DNA of 32,752 nucleotides, from NCBI GenBank assembly GCA_016926735.1, contig JAFGOA010000117.1:1-32752 (forward strand), read 5' to 3'. This DNA is from Promethearchaeota archaeon (GTDB lineage Archaea > Asgardarchaeota > Lokiarchaeia > Sigyniarchaeales > SOKP01). The notes beneath the pieces were generated by a model. That model saw nothing but the letters and a program-made list of their open reading frames with translations, did not search any database and was not told the DNA's origin. A program made the translations under genes and the position numbers. Shown here in pieces: positions 9,526 through 17,530 of this stretch (its first letter is position 1; each line of letters starts with the position of its first letter).

Positions 9526-9630
9526 ATGAAAAAAGATTTTCTAGAAGAAGTATTAAAAGAATTAGACGAAATTGAATCAAGAAGAAAATGTAAAATTCAC
9601 CACATATGTGATGAAGAATCTAATGAGTAA
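9526..9630 (+). CDS. Small 34-aa protein (not in ORF track)
   Basis: MKKDFLEEVLKELDEIESRRKCKIHHICDEESNE; AGGTGA 5 nt upstream; TTTAAATA at 9471-9478; oligo-T tract immediately after TAA. Confidence 0.6.
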   Translation: MKKDFLEEVLKELDEIESRRKCKIHHICDEESNE

Positions 9631-9644
9631 TTTTTTTTTTTTTT
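9631..9644 (+). terminator. Archaeal oligo-T terminator
   Basis: Long T run directly after the stop of the 34-aa ORF. Confidence 0.45.
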
Positions 9645-9722
9645 CTTTATGATTTTAGCTAAAATCTTAGTGTCATAATAAGTATTTATTTAAATAAAAA
9701 ATAGATTAAAATTAATAACTAA

Positions 9723-10391
9723 TTATTGTTTTTCTTTTTTAAGGAACTCTGGTTTAATTTTTGTAACCCTTGCTATTATTTTTGCTTTTAATTCAATTAT
9801 TATACTGCTTTTTTGTTCAGATGGTATATTAATTTTATATTTATAGTTTGGTTCTTCTATTTCTGAAGGTACAGGTTCAGATGATACAAAAACAATATCC
9901 TTTGTTTGTTTAAAATCAAGAATTAATTGAATATCATCATTCAATTTATTTTCAATTGTGATTTTTCTTGATATATTATCATATCGAGTTCTGACTTCAA
10001 TATGCTCTTTTGGATCTCTTGCATCTTCATAAGTAACTTTCTCTATACCTTCATTTATGTTTACTACATCATCATCAACCTTGATATCATCATCTATTAA
10101 ATCTTCTGAGATAATCTTATTACCAATAGTTCCTGCAGTATTTAAAAAAAGGAATGGAAGATTATCTTTATATAGTGTCATAGGTGAATTAATGGGAATT
10201 TCTTTAATATCTCCTTGCTTTACTAAAATATATCTTATAATTACATCCCAATTGATTTTATTATAGGATACATTAGTTGCAGTATATTGAATTTTTATTT
10301 CTCGTTCAATATTGAGATCACATTTGGATTTAAACCAATTTAATTTGATCTTCTTACGGGTTGGTATATTTGCTTTCATTTTTTTTTTCAT
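9723..10391 (-). CDS. DUF4139 C-terminal-half-like beta protein
   Basis: All-beta pattern; MTLYKDN..FLFLNTAGT, RKITIENK, YKYKINIPSEQKSSIII resemble the C-terminal part of DUF4139 proteins; start is 1 nt from the upstream stop. Confidence 0.55.
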   Translation of the reverse strand: MKKKMKANIPTRKKIKLNWFKSKCDLNIEREIKIQYTATNVSYNKINWDVIIRYILVKQGDIKEIPINSPMTLYKDNLPFLFLNTAGTIGNKIISEDLIDDDIKVDDDVVNINEGIEKVTYEDARDPKEHIEVRTRYDNISRKITIENKLNDDIQLILDFKQTKDIVFVSSEPVPSEIEEPNYKYKINIPSEQKSSIIIELKAKIIARVTKIKPEFLKKEKQ

Positions 10392-10392
10392 C

Positions 10393-11112
10393 TCATAACA
10401 TTAAATTTTTTAATCTTTGAGTTTTTTTTCTTGATTGTTGGAGATCTTGTCCAATAGCTGATGATTGAAAATATGCTTGTTGTTCCTGTTCTTGCATCAA
10501 ATTCAAAGATGCGTCTTCAGGTATTTTGTATATCGCAAATCCTAAATCAACATGGTTATAAGAGAACCCTGTTTGATTATCAATCACAAGAAACCCTTCA
10601 ATCTCAGCAGTTTTTCCACTTTTGTTGATATTAACATGGAGGGTAGTATTCCATTTTATCCTAATATCATTAATAAAATATGTTATTTCTACAAGTATTT
10701 CACTTTCTCTGGAAGAATTTACTATGAATTCAAAAATTCCATTCATATCTGCGTATGTTTTATAAGAACTTGCTTCACAGATATTAGATATATTATCTCT
10801 CATCTCTCGAGTAAAATCTATGGAATGTGATATTATATTTTGGGCAGCTGATTTTTCTCGTTCTATAAGTTGATTTGCATTTTTTATATCTGGTAAAGAA
10901 GTTATAGTTTGTTGGAGTGTTATATGTGTCTTATCTTCTGGTTTAAGATATTTAAGTTTAACTTCCGCAGAATTGGGATCAAAACTTGCCGGGATATTTT
11001 GAATTTCAAAATTATTACTCCCTGTTTGTAATGTTAGTTTAATCTCACGTTTTACAATTCCTCCACCCTCATTAAAAATGATTATACTTTTTACTCTAGG
11101 ATCTATTAGCAT
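10393..11112 (-). CDS. DUF4140/DUF4139 N-terminal-half-like protein, paralog B
   Basis: IIFNEGGGIVKREIKLTLQTGSNNFEIQNIPASFDPNS and W.T.L.V......AEIEGFLVIDNQTGFSY..VDL motifs; closely similar to the upstream paralog. Confidence 0.7.
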   Translation of the reverse strand: MLIDPRVKSIIIFNEGGGIVKREIKLTLQTGSNNFEIQNIPASFDPNSAEVKLKYLKPEDKTHITLQQTITSLPDIKNANQLIEREKSAAQNIISHSIDFTREMRDNISNICEASSYKTYADMNGIFEFIVNSSRESEILVEITYFINDIRIKWNTTLHVNINKSGKTAEIEGFLVIDNQTGFSYNHVDLGFAIYKIPEDASLNLMQEQEQQAYFQSSAIGQDLQQSRKKTQRLKNLML

Positions 11113-11126
11113 AATTTACACGATTT

Positions 11127-11861
11127 TTATTTGATTTGTTTATATCGTTGTGTTCTTTTTAATTTATTTTGGACTTCATAAAAATTATTATTGATGTTAG
11201 CTTGACCATAAGCTTGTTCGGGGAGATTAACATTTGATAAACCTCCCACAACAGAATATGATGTTGGTTCTGGAAGTTCAAATATAGCAAAACCTAAATC
11301 CACATTTTCATAAGAAAATCCTGTTTGATTATCTACAATTATAAATCCTTCGATTTCAGGAGTATTATTGTTAGATATCTTAACAATTAGGCTTGTTGAC
11401 CATTTTATCCGAATATCATTTATAAAATAAAGTATATTTACTATTATATCTCCAGAGATTTTACTGTTTATAATAAAATCAAATGTTCCTATCATGTCAG
11501 CATAAGTACGATAAGAACTTGATTCACAGATCTCAGATATTTTTTCACGCATTTCTCGTGTAAAATCTATAGAATATGATATAATATTATTCGCCGCAGA
11601 TTTTTCACGAGTAATTTCTTGATTTGCATTGTTTTTATCAGGAAGAGTTGTAATGGTTTGCTGAAGTTTGATCAGTTCTTTATCCTCTGGTCTTAAATAT
11701 TCCAACTTAATCTCTGCTGAGTTGGGATCAAAACTTGCAGGGACATTTTGAATTTGAAATTCATTTATTCCTTGGTGTAGAGAAAGTTTAATTTCTCGTT
11801 GAACAATTGCTCCTCCATTGTTAAAAATATCTAATCTTGTAACTTTTGGATCAATTAACAT
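11127..11861 (-). CDS. DUF4140/DUF4139 N-terminal-half-like protein, paralog A
   Basis: LDIFNNGGAIVQREIKLSLHQGINEFQIQNVPASFDPNS; IEGFIIVDNQTGFSYENVDLG; no signal peptide. Confidence 0.7.
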   Translation of the reverse strand: MLIDPKVTRLDIFNNGGAIVQREIKLSLHQGINEFQIQNVPASFDPNSAEIKLEYLRPEDKELIKLQQTITTLPDKNNANQEITREKSAANNIISYSIDFTREMREKISEICESSSYRTYADMIGTFDFIINSKISGDIIVNILYFINDIRIKWSTSLIVKISNNNTPEIEGFIIVDNQTGFSYENVDLGFAIFELPEPTSYSVVGGLSNVNLPEQAYGQANINNNFYEVQNKLKRTQRYKQIK

Positions 11862-11974
11862 AGAAATTTCATCATATATTCTTATATTTCGCTGTATGAA
11901 ATTATGAACATAATTTTGAATTTATATTTAACTTTTTTTTTATAAAAATTTTGTAAAACAATAATAATTACAAT

Positions 11975-12430
11975 TTAATCAGAACAATTTTTCATGAGTT
12001 GAATAAATTCTTTAAAATTAATTCTATTGTCGTTATCTCTATCAACTTCCTTTAGTATTGCATTAACTTGAGGATCCTTTAAGTTTTCTCCTACTTCATA
12101 CATAATACTTTTCAATTCATCCAGAGTTACATATTTATTTCCATCAAGATCGCAAATTTTAAACGCTTCAATAAGTTTTTCTTCTTGGAGTTTGAAAAAT
12201 ACATGATTCTTATATAAATTCAGAAATTCATGAAAAGTGATAAATCCATCTTCATTTAAATCCATCTTATGCATCAGTCCCATAATTTCATTATCTGAGA
12301 AATCATGACCTAAAGCAGAATAGATATCTTTTAATTCATTTAAAGTTATACTTCCACTTCCATCATTATCAAATGTCGAAAAAATATCTCTTATCCTGTG
12401 AATTTCAGTATCATTAATATCAAACAACAT
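11975..12430 (-). CDS. Calmodulin-like four-EF-hand Ca2+-binding protein
   Basis: EF loops DNDGSGSITLNE, DLNEDGFITFHE, DLDGNKYVTLDE, DRDNDNRINFKE with calmodulin spacing; 151 aa; GGTGAG upstream. Confidence 0.93.
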   Translation of the reverse strand: MLFDINDTEIHRIRDIFSTFDNDGSGSITLNELKDIYSALGHDFSDNEIMGLMHKMDLNEDGFITFHEFLNLYKNHVFFKLQEEKLIEAFKICDLDGNKYVTLDELKSIMYEVGENLKDPQVNAILKEVDRDNDNRINFKEFIQLMKNCSD

Positions 12431-12508
12431 TTTTTATAATCTCACCTAAATATCTAAAAATTTGTTCTTTTTTATATTCTTTGAATTTATTCAATAAATA
12501 AACGAATC

Positions 12509-12910
12509 TCAGGTTAATGGAAGTATTGTATATTTCAGTTGATTAATTCCTCTAATTCCTCTTATTCTAGCCAATAGATTAGTTATTTCAATATTTTTAC
12601 CCTCTGCTAAAAATAATTCAATACAATATTTTTCTTCAACATGGCGATGAAGTACTTCTATAATCAAATTATTATAATCATGTCTTAATTTAGAGAGTTT
12701 ATTTTCTACGTCATTTCTGTCAAATTCATTAACAACAATAATTGATGCAAAAACTCGATCTTGATCTTTTACATTTATATCATAATCAACTATAATACTT
12801 CGAACAGCATCCCTTATTGCTTCAGATCGACTAAAATATCCTCTTTTTTTTACTAGTTTTTCTAAACTTTCAGTAAGTTTCTTTGTAAGCGAAACACTAA
12901 TAATAGGCAT
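12509..12910 (-). CDS. nikR: NikR/CopG-family ribbon-helix-helix metalloregulator
   Basis: IISVSL...GYFSRSEAIRDAVR RHH domain; metal ligands in RHDY and LHRHVEEKYC match the NikR His/His/His/Cys set; GGTGA SD. Confidence 0.85.
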   Translation of the reverse strand: MPIISVSLTKKLTESLEKLVKKRGYFSRSEAIRDAVRSIIVDYDINVKDQDRVFASIIVVNEFDRNDVENKLSKLRHDYNNLIIEVLHRHVEEKYCIELFLAEGKNIEITNLLARIRGIRGINQLKYTILPLT

Positions 12911-12945
12911 TATATCACCAAAATTACCTATTTTTTATAAAATAG

Positions 12946-12974
12946 TTATTAACTAATTGATTATATGTTAATAA
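12946..12974. promoter_or_regulatory. Candidate NikR operator, TTATTAAC-N13-GTTAATAA
   Basis: Perfect 8-bp inverted repeat with long spacer in the divergent nikR/ATPase intergenic region. Confidence 0.45.
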
Positions 12975-13051
12975 TAAATTATTAATCTTTGTATTTTTTT
13001 TAACATTAATTTAATAAAGAAGTATGTGTATTATCAAAATGAGGTATATCT

Positions 13052-15049
13052 ATGAGTAATTTATGTAAATCATGTGAAGAATCTATCATAAAAGATGATA
13101 AAAATGATATAAGAGAAAGAAATCAAAAATTAGTGATTATCATCGTCTCTAGCCTTTTATTAGCTATTTCACTTATCTATGAATTTGTTATAGGGAATTT
13201 CTTATACAATCAAATTTTTGCGGCTATTGTTACAATTATTAGTGGAGCAGAAGTAATGTATTATGGATTAAAGAAATTACTCCAAAAACAGATTACTATT
13301 AATTTTTTGATGACTATTGCTACAATTGGAGCTTTTTTAATAGGTCATGGAGGAGAAGGAGCCGTACTTATGCTCCTTTATTATATTGCTGAATTTTTAG
13401 AGGATTATGCAAAAGATAAATCAAAAAAATCGATAAGTTCTCTCATGAAAATTACTCCTGAAACCACATTTGTAAAAAAAAACAATGAATTTACTGAACT
13501 CCATACACATGATGTCTCTATAGGTGATATAATTCAAATAAAACCAGGGGAAATAATCTCTTTAGATGGAATTATTATTTATGGCTCGTCAAATATAAAT
13601 GAGGCTTCCTTGACAGGAGAATCTATTCCGGTCTTTAAAAAAATTGGTAATGAAGTCCTAGCAGGAACAATAAATTGTGATGGATATCTTGAAATTAAAA
13701 TAACGGCAACATATGATAAAAGTTTTATTTCAAAAATAAAAGAATTAATTGAGAATGCTAAAAATCAAAAATCATCAACAGAACTATTTGTTGATCAATT
13801 CGCTAAATATTATACTCCAATTATGGTCATACTTACTTTTTTTATTATGTTTATTATGCCATTACTCATTCAACAATCTTATAATTTATGGATATACAGA
13901 GGATTAACATTACTGGTTATCTCTTGTCCATGTGCTATTGCATTAGCAACACCAATTTCGACAATTACAGCGATCATAAGTGCTGCAAAGCATGGGATCC
14001 TAATAAAAGGTGGAAAGTATATTGAAGAAATGGCAAAAATAAACTCAATAGCATTTGATAAAACAGGTACACTTACTCATGGAATAATTGAAGTTAAAGA
14101 TATTCTATCTTACGATGGTACAATTGAAAATTGGTTTGGTATTGTATATGGATTAGAATTATTATCTGAACATCCTATTTCTAAAGCAATTATTACAGAG
14201 GCAAAAAAAAGACATATTAATCCATCGAAAATAGAAAATTTCAAAGCAATTATTGGTAAAGGTGTATCTGGTAATTATAATCAAAAAGAATTTTTATTAG
14301 GTAATAAACAATTATTCAAAAATATTAATCATCCAAATATAAAAAATAAAGAACTATTGGACACATATAATGAAAAATCTATACTTTTTTTTGGTGATAA
14401 AGAAAAAATTCTTGGTTCTATCATCCTTCAAGATAAAATGCGAGAGGAATCAAAAGAAGTTATTGAAATATTAAAAAGACAAAAAATAAAAACAATTCTA
14501 ATATCCGGAGATAATAAAAATACTGTAATCTATGCTCAAAAAAGATTAGATGTAAATGAATTTCATTATGAACTTAAACCTCATGAAAAACAACATATTA
14601 TACAACAAAAAAAGGATAATAGAAATAAGATAGCAATGATTGGTGATGGAATAAACGATGCTCCTTCACTTGCTCTTGCTAATGTTGGAATTGCTATGGG
14701 GGGTATTGGAAGTGACGTATCAATGGAGACTGCGGATGTTATATTGGTTAAAGATAATCTGAAAGATATTTTATCATTTCTCGAAGTTAGTAAGAAAACA
14801 GCTTCTATTATCAAATTTAATATCATTTTTTCTATATTGATTAAAATATTATTCGTATTTCTTACATTTCTCGGATTTATGACGCTTTATATTGCTGTCG
14901 GGATTGGTGATTTAGGGCTAACTCTATTTGTTATATTAAATGCTTTTAGAATTTCAAAGATTAAATTTTACAGCAAAAATCCAAAAAAAAACAAGTCAAT
15001 AATAAACAAAATAGAGACGAAGTATTGTAGCAGTATTTGTAATTGCTGA
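13052..15049 (+). CDS. Heavy-metal P1B-type ATPase (P1B-2, Zn/Cd-like)
   Basis: TGES, SCPC, DKTGTLT, SEHP, GDGINDAPSL; Lys in TM7 (LIKIL) and DLG in TM8; N-terminal CKSC and C-terminal CSSICNC. Confidence 0.93.
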   Translation: MSNLCKSCEESIIKDDKNDIRERNQKLVIIIVSSLLLAISLIYEFVIGNFLYNQIFAAIVTIISGAEVMYYGLKKLLQKQITINFLMTIATIGAFLIGHGGEGAVLMLLYYIAEFLEDYAKDKSKKSISSLMKITPETTFVKKNNEFTELHTHDVSIGDIIQIKPGEIISLDGIIIYGSSNINEASLTGESIPVFKKIGNEVLAGTINCDGYLEIKITATYDKSFISKIKELIENAKNQKSSTELFVDQFAKYYTPIMVILTFFIMFIMPLLIQQSYNLWIYRGLTLLVISCPCAIALATPISTITAIISAAKHGILIKGGKYIEEMAKINSIAFDKTGTLTHGIIEVKDILSYDGTIENWFGIVYGLELLSEHPISKAIITEAKKRHINPSKIENFKAIIGKGVSGNYNQKEFLLGNKQLFKNINHPNIKNKELLDTYNEKSILFFGDKEKILGSIILQDKMREESKEVIEILKRQKIKTILISGDNKNTVIYAQKRLDVNEFHYELKPHEKQHIIQQKKDNRNKIAMIGDGINDAPSLALANVGIAMGGIGSDVSMETADVILVKDNLKDILSFLEVSKKTASIIKFNIIFSILIKILFVFLTFLGFMTLYIAVGIGDLGLTLFVILNAFRISKIKFYSKNPKKNKSIINKIETKYCSSICNC

Positions 15050-15088
15050 AAATAAAAAAAATCTTATTAATATACATAAGATTTAATG

Positions 15089-16603
15089 TTATGAATGATG
15101 ATGTTGTATATCTATATTTACAGGAGTTAAATTTCCAATAACCCATCCTGTTACTTCATTCAATGAAGGATGTATGATCATGGAGTTATAAATTGGAAGA
15201 AATGATCCTCCTTCAGGACATGCATAAGCTGTTTTCGGCAATATATCCTCTCTTTCAATATTATTCTCAATAGAGGTGCATGTAAAACCAGAATTCATTA
15301 AATATACAAAGGGTTGTACTAAAATTGCTGCTTCTGGTCCGACTATATGTGCTCCTAATATACGATAAGATTGATCTACAATTAATTTCACAAAACCATC
15401 ATTTTCATCTCCTTCATCATATCCCATAGCAAAACCTTTAGCAACAGATGAATATCTATTCTTTGCTATATATATTTTATACTCCTTTTTGATTGCTTCC
15501 TCCTCAGTAATACCAACATGTGCTATTTGAGGATATGTAAAAACAGCCCAAGGGACTGAACTGTAATCCATTATTTGTTTTTGTTCCATGAACATATTAT
15601 TTATACATATCCTTGCTTCTAAATTTGCTTTATGTCTAAATGGATATAATCCATTAGCATCTCCGATACACCAAATATTATTTACTGTAGTCTCAAGAAA
15701 TTCATTTGTTATAATCCATCCCCTTTTATCTAATTCTATATTTGTATTCTCAATCCTTAATATATCTGTGTTTGAGCGACGTCCAGTCGCAATAAATATC
15801 TCTTCTGCTTCGATCTCTGTTCTTTCTTTTGTATTTATATCCTCTAATATTACTTTTTTCATACCATTATTTAATTTGACTTCAATAGCTTTTTGATTTA
15901 AATAAACATTCATATTTTTCTTAAAAACACGTTCTACAATACTACTTATTTCTGGTTCTTCTGTAGAGACAAGTCTTGGTAGCATTTCAACTATTGTAAC
16001 TTCTGTTCCATAAGCAGAGAATATATGAGCAAATTCTGCAGCAATAATTCCTCCTCCAATAAGAATTAAGCTTTTCCATGGTTTTTTTGGATATTTTTCT
16101 CCAAAAAAACTTTCACTTGTTATATACCCTACATCTTCAATACCTTTTATTGGAGGTATTAATGCTCTACCTCCAGATGCTATAACTATTTTATTTCCCT
16201 TTAGTGGACCAATGATCGTATTATCCTTATTTAATGTCACTTTTAATTCATAATTTCCAATAAATTCTGCATTTCCCATAAAAAGATCAAGGTTTTTAAT
16301 TTCCAATAGACCTTTATGCATTTCTTTTTCTTCATTAATTTGAGACCAGACTCTCTTGGAAATAAGATCCCAATCTATACCCTTAAATTTCAGATTAACC
16401 CCTATCTTATTAACATGACGTGCTTCCCTGATTATATCTGCAGGATAAACTAATACTTTAGAGGGAATACAACCTCTTGTTAAACATGTAGCACCTATTT
16501 TAGTATTTTCAATAAGTGCACATTTAAGACCTCTCCTTAATCCTGCATTAATGATACTCAATCCAGCACCGCTTCCTATAACAATTAAATCATATAGATC
16601 CAT
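15089..16603 (-). CDS. Class I pyridine nucleotide-disulfide oxidoreductase (dihydrolipoamide dehydrogenase/mycothione reductase-like)
   Basis: IGSGAG FAD motif; redox disulfide TCLTRGCIPSK; IGGGIIAAE; ATGRRSN; HPSLNE His-Glu pair. Confidence 0.88.
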   Translation of the reverse strand: MDLYDLIVIGSGAGLSIINAGLRRGLKCALIENTKIGATCLTRGCIPSKVLVYPADIIREARHVNKIGVNLKFKGIDWDLISKRVWSQINEEKEMHKGLLEIKNLDLFMGNAEFIGNYELKVTLNKDNTIIGPLKGNKIVIASGGRALIPPIKGIEDVGYITSESFFGEKYPKKPWKSLILIGGGIIAAEFAHIFSAYGTEVTIVEMLPRLVSTEEPEISSIVERVFKKNMNVYLNQKAIEVKLNNGMKKVILEDINTKERTEIEAEEIFIATGRRSNTDILRIENTNIELDKRGWIITNEFLETTVNNIWCIGDANGLYPFRHKANLEARICINNMFMEQKQIMDYSSVPWAVFTYPQIAHVGITEEEAIKKEYKIYIAKNRYSSVAKGFAMGYDEGDENDGFVKLIVDQSYRILGAHIVGPEAAILVQPFVYLMNSGFTCTSIENNIEREDILPKTAYACPEGGSFLPIYNSMIIHPSLNEVTGWVIGNLTPVNIDIQHHHS

Positions 16604-16937
16604 AATCTTCTTTATATCATGAGCTATTTTTTAAACTTTAGCTTATAGTTTAAAGATTTGGTTAAAGAATTATTAAAAAGACTCCCTTCTATAGTTGTGA
16701 AATCTGTCATTATCTTTTTTATAAATAATTACATCTAGATATACCTAATAATATAAGATCTATAATAGAAAAAAGGGTCTTAAAAAAGTAGATCTTAAAT
16801 AAATTTATATTATTTAAGAATTTTAAAAGAATTTCTTTACTTAATGAATAATTTTATATCAAACTTTTATATTTCTTCATAGAAACATTAAAATTTCTAT
16901 ATTTTAATATTATTATAATTAAAAATTAGATTTAGGA

Positions 16938-17300
16938 GTGAAAAAAAAAATTAATTCATGCATCCAAGAAAGAGAAAATTTTGATTCTGCTCACGTAGAT
17001 GAATCTGGGAAAACAGTGATGGCACCAAGATTATATATTTCTGCAGTAGAAGATTTTAATGGTTTGACATTAGAATATACCCTACCTGGCGTGAATAAAG
17101 ATGCGATAGTATTAAAAATGAGTGAAGATAGTATTTCTATAAAAGGAGAAACTGATTCTATTCATTATTCAAGTTTTTATAGATTTACATGCCCAGTTTT
17201 ACCTAAAGAAGTAAAAGCATCATATGATAATGGGCTTTTAAGGTTAAAAGTTCCTTATAAGGATGTGACTTTAGATATGATTGATATTGATATTCAATAA
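16938..17300 (+). CDS. Hsp20/alpha-crystallin small heat-shock protein
   Basis: LPGVNKDAI and KASYDNGLLRLKVP motifs; start codon uncertain. Confidence 0.85.
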   Translation: MKKKINSCIQERENFDSAHVDESGKTVMAPRLYISAVEDFNGLTLEYTLPGVNKDAIVLKMSEDSISIKGETDSIHYSSFYRFTCPVLPKEVKASYDNGLLRLKVPYKDVTLDMIDIDIQ

Positions 17301-17356
17301 TTTTTTTTCTTTCTTTTTTACCATTTTCCCTTCCAATAACTACTAAGAAAAATTAG

Positions 17357-17512
17357 GTGATAATTATTAAAAATTTTAAAAGTTGCGTTGAAGAAATAAA
17401 GAACAAAAAAATTATTCCTAAAAGAACTTTAAATAAATTAAAAGGTATAGATTATGATTTAGGAGATTTCTTTCTTGAAATTTGTGAATTTAGAAATGAA
17501 CTTAACTTCTAA
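17357..17512 (+). CDS. Small hypothetical protein, about 50 aa (not in ORF track)
   Basis: Open frame (V)IIIKNFKSCVEEIKNKKIIPKRTLNKLKGIDYDLGDFFLEICEFRNELNF*; AGGTGA at 17355-17360. Confidence 0.35.
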   Translation: MIIIKNFKSCVEEIKNKKIIPKRTLNKLKGIDYDLGDFFLEICEFRNELNF

Positions 17513-17530
17513 AAAAAAAGAGTAAAAATT

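Noticed and set aside
15089-16603. Mercuric reductase MerA
   Set aside because: Lacks the C-terminal vicinal Cys-Cys pair and retains the HPxxxE motif of E3-type enzymes.
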